This document shows, piece after piece, positions 56,775-64,000 of a DNA stretch of 64,000 nt. Source of the DNA: an uncultured Candidatus Micrarchaeota archaeon (GTDB lineage: Archaea > Micrarchaeota > Micrarchaeia > Anstonellales > Bilamarchaeaceae); assembly GCA_963714085.1 (NCBI GenBank), contig OY970229.1:928001-992000 (forward strand), read 5' to 3'. The position numbers and the translations under genes are program-made. Every line of letters begins with the position of its first letter. Position 1 is the stretch's first letter. A model generated the notes under the pieces. The model worked only from the letters and a program-made list of their open reading frames with translations. It was not told the DNA's origin and made no database searches.

Positions 56775-58583
56775 CTAAAGCCCGTACCTCTGTGGGCTGT
56801 AATACTCGTAATCGCTGTCCCCGATCCTTACCTCTTTCTTGCCCTTGAACCCCTTTGCCGCGAGCTTCGCCACCTCGTCGGCTACCTGCTCCGGGAAGAA
56901 CGGCCTGCCGTCGTATTTGAGCAGGTGGAAATCGAACTCCGCGCTTGCATATTCCTTGAGCAGGCCTGCCAGCTGCGCAGTCGCGTTGTTCTCCAGGAGC
57001 ACGGTCTTAGCGCATTTGGAGAGCGCCTTGCGCACCTCCTTCTCGTTCACAGGGAACATGTAGGAGAAATGGAGCAGGTTCGCCTTCACGCCCTTCTCCG
57101 CGAGCAGCTCCAGGCTGTCCAGGCAGGGGAGCTTCTGGCTGCCCCAGCACACCAGCGTCACGTCAGCGGTCTTCGGGCCGTAGAGCTTCGGGCCGGGTAT
57201 CTCCTTCATCAGGCCCTCCAGCTTGGACATCCTCTTGTCCACGTGCGCCTTGCGCACCGAGAAATCCTCCGAGCTGTAGCCGGTTTCGTCGTGCTCGTAG
57301 CTCGTGGCCACGTGCATGCCGTTGGGCTCGCCCGGGAACGGCCGCGCGGACACGCCGTCGGCTGAGAGCGCATAGCGCTTGAACCTCGTGTTCGGCGCGA
57401 GTTCCGGCAGCCCCCTTGCTATCTTGCCGCGCTCTATCCTCACCTTGCTTTCGTCGAAGCGCTCCGTGGAGAATATGCTCTCCCCGAGGAACTTGTCCAG
57501 CAGTATTATGACCGGCATCTGGTATTTGTCCGCGAAGTTGAACGCCCTCCAAGCCAGCTCGAAGCACTCGTCCACGTCCCCTGGCGCGAGTATCACGCGC
57601 AGGAACTCCCCCTGGGAGGCGTGCAGCGCGAACCTCAGCTCCGCCTGCTCGGTCCAGGTGGGCATGCATGTGCCCGGTCCTGGCCTCGAGACGAGCGTGA
57701 CGACCACGGGGGTCTCGGACTCCGCAGCCATGCCCATGGCCTCGACCATGAGCGAGAATCCCCCTCCGGAAGTGCCGGTCATGGCGCGCACGCCGGCGAA
57801 GTTCGCGCCGACCGCGTAGTTCATGGCCGCTATCTCGTCCTCGGTCTGCTTCACCACTATGCCGAAATCGCGCTCGTTCTCGCACAGGTAATGGATCAGG
57901 GTGGACGCCGGGGTCATGGGGTAGGCGACATAGAACTTCATGCCGGCCTTCACCGCGCCCAAGGACACCGCCTCGTTCCCCTCCACGAATATCTTCCTCT
58001 TGTCCGAGACCGGCTTCACGCTTTTTGAGAATCCCTTGAAATTACCCTTCGCATGGTCGTAGCCGGCTTTCGCCGCCGCTATGTTCTCCTTGACCACGTT
58101 CTCCCCCTTGCGCGTGAACTCGTCACGCAGCACGTTCTCGAGCTGGTCGAAAGGATAGCCGGAGACCGCGAGCGCGGCGCCGAGGGCGACCGTGTTCGCC
58201 ATCCTCGCGGCGGCCCCTGACTTGGCGAGGAGCTCCTCGGTAGGAAGGCGGAACAGCAGGATGTCCTTCCTTGGCTTGAACTTGGCCGCGTCTATCCTGG
58301 AATCGTATATCATGGCGCCTCCCTTTGAGACCGACTGCTCGTGGAAAAGCACCGCGTCCTGATTGAGCGCGACCACGATGTCGCTGTGCATCGTCGGGGA
58401 GTGCACCGGCTTGTCCGATATCACCACCTGGTAGGAATTGTGCCCGCCGCGTATTATGGACGGATATTCCGGATAGGCGACGACGTTCAACCCGCCCCTC
58501 GTGAAGCACTTTGCGAGCGAACGGCCTGTCACCATCACACCCGCGCCCGCCTGCGCGCCGATCTTTATGCTGAGAGCCAACAT
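56775..58583 (-). CDS. 2-oxoacid:ferredoxin oxidoreductase alpha subunit (gamma-alpha fusion)
   Basis: IRGGH, GNEA, YPMTP, EDEIAA, TSGGG.SLM.E. Confidence 0.95.
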   Translation of the reverse strand: MLALSIKIGAQAGAGVMVTGRSLAKCFTRGGLNVVAYPEYPSIIRGGHNSYQVVISDKPVHSPTMHSDIVVALNQDAVLFHEQSVSKGGAMIYDSRIDAAKFKPRKDILLFRLPTEELLAKSGAAARMANTVALGAALAVSGYPFDQLENVLRDEFTRKGENVVKENIAAAKAGYDHAKGNFKGFSKSVKPVSDKRKIFVEGNEAVSLGAVKAGMKFYVAYPMTPASTLIHYLCENERDFGIVVKQTEDEIAAMNYAVGANFAGVRAMTGTSGGGFSLMVEAMGMAAESETPVVVTLVSRPGPGTCMPTWTEQAELRFALHASQGEFLRVILAPGDVDECFELAWRAFNFADKYQMPVIILLDKFLGESIFSTERFDESKVRIERGKIARGLPELAPNTRFKRYALSADGVSARPFPGEPNGMHVATSYEHDETGYSSEDFSVRKAHVDKRMSKLEGLMKEIPGPKLYGPKTADVTLVCWGSQKLPCLDSLELLAEKGVKANLLHFSYMFPVNEKEVRKALSKCAKTVLLENNATAQLAGLLKEYASAEFDFHLLKYDGRPFFPEQVADEVAKLAAKGFKGKKEVRIGDSDYEYYSPQRYGL

Positions 58584-58682
58584 ACCACCTGTTCATCATG
58601 TCGTTTCGGGAGTCGTCTCCTGATAGGAAGAATAGCGCTTTTAATTTATCGTATTTTGCTATGGCGGATGACGAAGTAGGGG

Positions 58683-59507
58683 CTATCTCGAGAACCTCGG
58701 GACGTACTCCCTTATCACGCCGTTCAGCCTCTTGGCTTCCTTGAGCGCGGCATCTACCGGATTGCCCCCGGCTTTCTCGTATGCGTACGCGATGGACGAG
58801 CTCGCGCTTATGCGGTGGATGTGCGGATTGGGTTTGAGCGCCTCCATCACCATCTCCAGGTCGCCGCCCTGCGCGCCGATCCCTGGTATGAGGAACGGGA
58901 CTTCGGTCCCCACGCTTTTCGTGAGCTTCTTTATCGAGGCGCTCGTGGCGCCCACGACAAGGCCGCAGCCCCAGGCGACCGCCTTCTCCGCTACTATGTC
59001 ATAGAGGAACTTCCTGCCGCACCTCAGCTCCTGGAAATCCTTCGCCCCGGCATTCGACGTCCTGCAGAGCACGTAGGCGAGCTTCCCCTCGCGGACGAAG
59101 GGCCTCACCGAATCCTCGCCCATGTAAGGGCTCACGGTGAGCGCGTCCGCGCCCCAGAAATCGAACGCCTCGGCGGCGTAGGCGTCGCTGGACTTCCCGA
59201 TGTCGCCGCGCTTCCCATCCAGGATTATGGGTATCTTGTTCTTGTAGCGCTGCATTATGCCCTCGAGGACGTACAAGCCGTCGAACCCGTATCTCGCGAA
59301 ATACGCGTAATTCGGCTTTATGGCGGATATCTCGTTCTCCTCCAGCAGCCTATCCGTGATGTCATGGAAAAAAGGCTCTATGCGCTCCTCGATCGCGCCG
59401 GTCGCGGAGCCGACGTTCACCTTCTCGAGGACCGGGTCTATGCCGAAGCACAGTATGGTGTTGCGCTCCTCCGCGCTTCTCCTGAGGTACTCGGGCATGC
59501 TCGCCAT
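58683..59507 (-). CDS. pyrF: Orotidine-5'-phosphate decarboxylase
   Basis: GIDP, KPN, DGKRGDIG, SPYMG.D, RTSN, VVGAT, PGIGAQGG. Confidence 0.93.
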   Translation of the reverse strand: MASMPEYLRRSAEERNTILCFGIDPVLEKVNVGSATGAIEERIEPFFHDITDRLLEENEISAIKPNYAYFARYGFDGLYVLEGIMQRYKNKIPIILDGKRGDIGKSSDAYAAEAFDFWGADALTVSPYMGEDSVRPFVREGKLAYVLCRTSNAGAKDFQELRCGRKFLYDIVAEKAVAWGCGLVVGATSASIKKLTKSVGTEVPFLIPGIGAQGGDLEMVMEALKPNPHIHRISASSSIAYAYEKAGGNPVDAALKEAKRLNGVIREYVPRFSR

Positions 59508-59596
59508 GGTTGAATAAGAAAGTGGAACGGGTTAAAAAACAAGACGCCTGCCCAGATTGCGGCAACCCAAGGCCCGTCCGCCAACCCTTCCCCTGG

Positions 59597-60385
59597 CTAA
59601 TACCCTCCAGGATAATCGGATTCCGAGACGCAGACGAGGGTCAATGTGCCTTTTTTCACGGTCCCGTAGCACGGGTCCCCCCCGCAATTAGCGTTGTTGA
59701 AAGCAACGGCGCAGCTGTTGGCCCCGAGTGTGCACTGCCCGCATTCAACCCCTGCCGACGAGGGGCAATTCGTTCCGTAGGTCGAGGTATAGTCCGAAAT
59801 GACGTACCCGTTCTCGCACGATACGCCCGCAGTGTTCCCTTCGTTTACCGTGGAAGAAACGGTGTTGTTCGCTATCGGGGCCACTAGGTCGTCCGGCAGC
59901 GTCACCCAGGAATCCTGCGTCAATGCGCTTCCCCCGCCATCAGGCACGAAGCGCATGTTCGCCGTGCCGCTGGTGGAGGAGTAGTTGGATCTGTTCACAG
60001 CGCTGTACGGTATGTCCCAGTAGTAAGCGTAGGAAGTCGAGTTGAAGAACCCGTAGCTGGAGGTGGTCGCGTTGTAGTCCGCCGCCGCGACGTGGAACGT
60101 CGATTTGTACAGTTGCACGTTGCCGCTGTCCAGTATGGAGACCGTCACGGTTCCCGGCGCGGCCATGTCCTTGCCGTACTGGTCCTGGACGTCGAACTCC
60201 CCGGTGAAGTACTTCTGGCTCGCGTCCCAGCTGCTCGCCACGTCAAACACGTATATCTGCGAGGCCTTGCCCTCTGGCTTCGTGATGGTGGCGTTGATCG
60301 GCTTGGCCACGACCTTCCAGTCGGAGATGCAGCCGCAGAGCAGGATGAACGCCAGGGCGAAAGCCGCTATCAAGGGCTTGTTCAT
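59597..60385 (-). CDS. Secreted lipoprotein-like protein with Cys-rich C-terminus
   Basis: LLCGC signal motif; N-glycosylation sequons. Confidence 0.7.
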   Translation of the reverse strand: MNKPLIAAFALAFILLCGCISDWKVVAKPINATITKPEGKASQIYVFDVASSWDASQKYFTGEFDVQDQYGKDMAAPGTVTVSILDSGNVQLYKSTFHVAAADYNATTSSYGFFNSTSYAYYWDIPYSAVNRSNYSSTSGTANMRFVPDGGGSALTQDSWVTLPDDLVAPIANNTVSSTVNEGNTAGVSCENGYVISDYTSTYGTNCPSSAGVECGQCTLGANSCAVAFNNANCGGDPCYGTVKKGTLTLVCVSESDYPGGY

Positions 60386-61122
60386 TTTCTCACCAACATC
60401 ATGGCTGCGAACGCCAACACCGCAAGAACGACCAGCACGACCACCCCGAGCGCGGCCACGACGAACCAGTTTATGTCCTGGGACTCCACCACGATCGGCG
60501 TTCCGTTGTTCATCATCTGCAGGACATCGAAGTCCGCTTCTGTCGAGTTGAAAGTTTTCGCGCCTGCGGCCGAGGTTATGCTGCCCGGCATCGAGATGTC
60601 GTATTCGTATTCCACCCCGGCGGCCTTCAGTATGGAAGACGAAGCCTTGCTGCTGGGCGCAGTTATGCTAACGCTGCTGTAATCGCTGTACGGGCCCAGG
60701 GAAGCTGCCGAGCTTCCGAGAGCCGAAGTGTCTATCCGCGGGAGAGAGTCCACAGTGAGCCTGTACTCGGTCATGACTATGTCATCCTTTGTCTCGAAAG
60801 TGTAGAATGCATCCGAAGGCCCATAGGTCCTCTTGAGCGTTATCACGCCCCCGTTGCTCGCGGTGCAGTTCACATTCGGATTCTGCAAGGTGATGTTCGC
60901 GCAAAGGAGCCCCATCTCCGTGTCGATGTCCGACTCGTTGTAAGAGCTCCCATAGGACGACGCAAGGGCCATGAGGCTGCTCATGTCCAGCTTCTGCGTC
61001 ACGACTGCGCTCCCGTTGGCCAGCTGCGCGTGCGTGTCTGTGATCGTCACGCAGCCTGAGAGAACAAGTGCGGAAAAAAGCGCAAAAAGCAGAAAAATCC
61101 GGTTAACGTCATTCCCCCCCAT
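60382..61122 (-). CDS. Lipoprotein-like protein with C-terminal TM (LppM-like)
   Basis: VLSGC signal, MPGSI motif, TM tail. Confidence 0.65.
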   Translation of the reverse strand: MGGNDVNRIFLLFALFSALVLSGCVTITDTHAQLANGSAVVTQKLDMSSLMALASSYGSSYNESDIDTEMGLLCANITLQNPNVNCTASNGGVITLKRTYGPSDAFYTFETKDDIVMTEYRLTVDSLPRIDTSALGSSAASLGPYSDYSSVSITAPSSKASSSILKAAGVEYEYDISMPGSITSAAGAKTFNSTEADFDVLQMMNNGTPIVVESQDINWFVVAALGVVVLVVLAVLAFAAMMLVRK

Positions 61123-61183
61123 GAAGTGTGTTCTGGCAACAGCGTTTTAAAAAAGCTCCTTCCTTATTCCAAATCGTGGTCTT

Positions 61184-62767
61184 ATGCGCCAACCGACGCT
61201 ATTGCTCCTTCTCTGCCTCATGGTTTTTTTCGCAGCCGGCTGCCTGATGAAGCCACTCTCCGGAGGGACCGGCACTAACGCGAGCCCAGCGCCAAAGTCA
61301 GGCTGCGCGTACCAGAATCCTCCGTGCAGCCAGGGCTACGCATGCGTGAACAACACCTGTGCCGCAATTCCGGCCAACGCCTCCCCCGCGGTTCCGGCTC
61401 CAGCCAACGTCTCACCGCAGTCCGGCTGCGCCTATGATAATCCGGCCTGCGGTTCAGATTACGACTGCGTGAACAATTCCTGCGTGGAGAAGACGATATG
61501 CGGCAAATTCGGCTGCCAGGCCGGAGAGAACTATAGCAATTGCTGCACAGACTGCGGTTGCCCGGTAGGGTACACCTGCGGTACTGACAACGCATGCTCG
61601 CTGAGCGTGGGGCAGATAGTCGTAGAGAACGTGTCCGTGGTCCCGCTTTCGCCCGTGGTGCTGTACGCCGTGCCGCACAAGACCATAGAGAAGGGCGTGG
61701 GCCCGGTGATCCGGGTCACCCTGGAAAACAGCGGCAACGCCCCCATATCCGACCTGATCATCAAGCCCGAGGTCCAGGACTACACCGGGATAGACATATA
61801 CGATGTCGGAGCCATCGCGCCAGGGGCCTCGCTCGTGTTCAACTACACCCCGGCATTCGCCGAGAATCCATTGGCCGCTGTCGGCAACTCCACGGCAAGG
61901 CTCGAGCTCGGCCTGCAGTATTCCTCCCAAGGCGCGAACGGCACAGGCTCGTTCGCGGCTGAAATAGCCCTGCAGCCGGTGAATTATTTCGACTGGAGGG
62001 TCCCGGAGGCCGCCGCCGCATGGGCGGATTCAGACGACCCGAGCGTGAGCGGCCTGGCGCTCGACGCGACCCTCGGCGTCCAGCCTAAGACGGACGCCGA
62101 CACGGAGCGCGAGGCGCGGCAGATATTCGGAGACCTCCAGGCGCGCACAATCCAGGTCCGGGGCGGCCAGGGCGCGTGCTATTCGGACACGCTCGCCTTC
62201 CCTGCGGACGTGCTCAAGGCGCGCTCCGGGGACTGCGCCGGGCTGTCGGTGCTTTTCGCGGCCTCCCTAGAGGCGGCGGGGATCAGGAGCGCGGTGATAA
62301 AGACGCCGGACGCTGTGCTCGCCGCTTATGCAGATCCGGAAGGCTCGCTGGTACCTATAGACATGAGGGACCTCGTGGGCTCGAATTTCTCCGGTGCGCT
62401 GGCGGACGGGGCCTCGGAGTTCTCGAACTCGTCCTCTGACGCAGTGGTCGTCTATCCAGAGGACCAGTGGGGCCTTGGCGTGAAGAAGGTGATGCCCGGG
62501 ACCCAGGCGCCCTCGTCCATAATAACCACCACGGCGCAGACCTGCCGGCTGCTTCCAGGCACGCTCACGGTCAACTATTGGTTCGTCAACAACGGCTACG
62601 ACTCAGGAAGGCGTTGCGTGAATGCGACGGTCTACCAGGGCACCGATATCTATACATCCAAGCTGTCCTGCGTGGACGTGTACGTGAACGACAAGAAGAA
62701 CGTGACCTTCGACATAACCGGGCTGCCCACGAACACGAGCCTCGATGCGAATTGCTCGCTGGACTAG
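61184..62767 (+). CDS. Secreted Cys-rich protein with transglutaminase-like domain
   Basis: FAAGC signal, two GCAY.NP.C..Y.CVNN.C repeats, P.DVL....GDC...SVL.AASLEA.GI. Confidence 0.7.
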   Translation: MRQPTLLLLLCLMVFFAAGCLMKPLSGGTGTNASPAPKSGCAYQNPPCSQGYACVNNTCAAIPANASPAVPAPANVSPQSGCAYDNPACGSDYDCVNNSCVEKTICGKFGCQAGENYSNCCTDCGCPVGYTCGTDNACSLSVGQIVVENVSVVPLSPVVLYAVPHKTIEKGVGPVIRVTLENSGNAPISDLIIKPEVQDYTGIDIYDVGAIAPGASLVFNYTPAFAENPLAAVGNSTARLELGLQYSSQGANGTGSFAAEIALQPVNYFDWRVPEAAAAWADSDDPSVSGLALDATLGVQPKTDADTEREARQIFGDLQARTIQVRGGQGACYSDTLAFPADVLKARSGDCAGLSVLFAASLEAAGIRSAVIKTPDAVLAAYADPEGSLVPIDMRDLVGSNFSGALADGASEFSNSSSDAVVVYPEDQWGLGVKKVMPGTQAPSSIITTTAQTCRLLPGTLTVNYWFVNNGYDSGRRCVNATVYQGTDIYTSKLSCVDVYVNDKKNVTFDITGLPTNTSLDANCSLD

Positions 62768-63990
62768 CGCCTTTTCGAGTCGAGCAGCCGCTCTATTTCC
62801 AAAGGAGTGCCAAGCATCCTTAGGATTTCTGGGCGGCCTGTTGCCAGCGTCACCGCAGTTTCACCATGCTTGCCTTTGATCGCCGGGTCTGCGTCCAGGG
62901 AACTCAGAAAGAACACCATGAGAGTGTTTCCGGCCGAAGCCGCGAACATGAGCGGCGTCCATCCTACATCAGCGCCGGGTTTGTTGATATCAGCTCTCCA
63001 ATCCTTCAGCAGCTTCACCATGGACCTGCCCACCGTTGACTTATCCGCCATGGTTTGATTATCCATGATCACCGCGCGTATCATCGGGGTCCAAAGGCCC
63101 TTGTCCTCGGCATTCGGATTCGCGCCCTTGCCAAGGGCATCTTCAGCTCTTTCATGGTCCATCGCGTCTATCGCGGCGAACAGTTCCTTATCCAGCGCCA
63201 GCTGCGTTGGGTCCGGCGGATCTTCGACATCGAAGACCTCACCGATAAGAATCTCCTCCACCGAATCCTCTACCACTCCATGTGCGGGGCCTCCAGCCGT
63301 ATCCCCATGTGCTTCCACTGGATCCTCTGCCGTGTCGCGCACAGGGTCTCTTCCCGTAACCCGAGAATCAGCTACTTCATCCGGCAGGCCCGCTGGCTCT
63401 TCATGTGCTTCCACTGGATCCTTTGCCGTGTCGCGCACACTTTCCGTAACACATGCTCCGCCCGGGGGGAAAACCATGTCGGGTGGCCCATCCACAAGGT
63501 TCGGTATCCGCACAGAGGCGTCTACAAACGCATCTTCAAGCGCATCTACAAGCGCATCGAACCCGGTGGACCCCGGCCCAGCACCTTCGTCCCGGGTCGT
63601 TAATCGTGGCTCTCCCGCATCTATCGGCGTACCATAAGGCGGGGTATTCCCAGAATTACCGACATCTATCACGCCGCTTCTTTCGAAGGTCCCATTCCCT
63701 TCACGCGCTTCGCCAGAGAGCAATCTCCTCAATCCAGCCTCGTCCAGGTCGATTAGGCTGCTGGCGACCACGACCATCATCATCTTGTCCGGCTCAGCGG
63801 GGCTGTTGTGCGTCCTGATGAAGTCGGTAACCGCCCACTTCATGCTCGGGCATTGCGCGAGGCGTTCTTTTATGAGCCGCCTGGTCTCGCCGTCGGCTTC
63901 TCGCGCCATCTCCACCAGTTCCGCCACCACGCCCTTTGACGCGGCATGCCTGAGCGGATGCTCGCTCAACACGTCGTCCTCCATCAGCAT
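62764..63990 (-). CDS. Ankyrin-repeat protein with acidic low-complexity linker
   Basis: GANPN...G.WTPM, GWTPLMFAA..G, G.TA..LA. Confidence 0.8.
   Translation of the reverse strand: MLMEDDVLSEHPLRHAASKGVVAELVEMAREADGETRRLIKERLAQCPSMKWAVTDFIRTHNSPAEPDKMMMVVVASSLIDLDEAGLRRLLSGEAREGNGTFERSGVIDVGNSGNTPPYGTPIDAGEPRLTTRDEGAGPGSTGFDALVDALEDAFVDASVRIPNLVDGPPDMVFPPGGACVTESVRDTAKDPVEAHEEPAGLPDEVADSRVTGRDPVRDTAEDPVEAHGDTAGGPAHGVVEDSVEEILIGEVFDVEDPPDPTQLALDKELFAAIDAMDHERAEDALGKGANPNAEDKGLWTPMIRAVIMDNQTMADKSTVGRSMVKLLKDWRADINKPGADVGWTPLMFAASAGNTLMVFFLSSLDADPAIKGKHGETAVTLATGRPEILRMLGTPLEIERLLDSKRR
63306..63439. repeat. 38-bp direct repeat, 96-nt period
   Basis: 63306-43 and 63402-39 differ at one position (VRDTA(K/E)DPVEAH). 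Confidence 0.85.
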
Positions 63991-64000
63991 ATTGGTTATC

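Overview
Archaeal chromosomal segment with a GC-rich backbone. Gene content (TBP, TFB, RpoF, L21e, S26e, PriS/PriL, Cdc6, RFC-L, Hef, XPD, Rad50, deoxyhypusine synthase) suggests a DPANN, Micrarchaeota-like lineage; this taxonomy is inference only. Most of the window is housekeeping, transport and surface-protein genes. The main finding is an ~8.9 kb cargo transposon (36610-45487) just upstream of tfb. It has 16-bp imperfect terminal inverted repeats, a 7-bp TTTTTTC duplication on both sides, arrays of a TGCACATAAA motif at its ends, and an IS4/IS5-type DDE transposase. An AbrB-DUF488 regulator is transcribed divergently from the transposase across four TAGGTACCTA-type palindromes. The AT-rich, defence-like cargo includes a single-chain restriction-modification enzyme and an unusual TBP-like/RNase H/Zn-finger/PIN fusion with a structured leader. 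An orphan second left end directly after the right duplication suggests repeated site-specific insertion. Also found: three box C/D sRNA candidates (the 3' end of one is duplicated around an atypical ROK gene), an M-box-like leader upstream of mgtA, an unusually symmetric TBP and several apparently degenerate enzymes. All calls were made by eye from motifs; no searches or folding programs were run.
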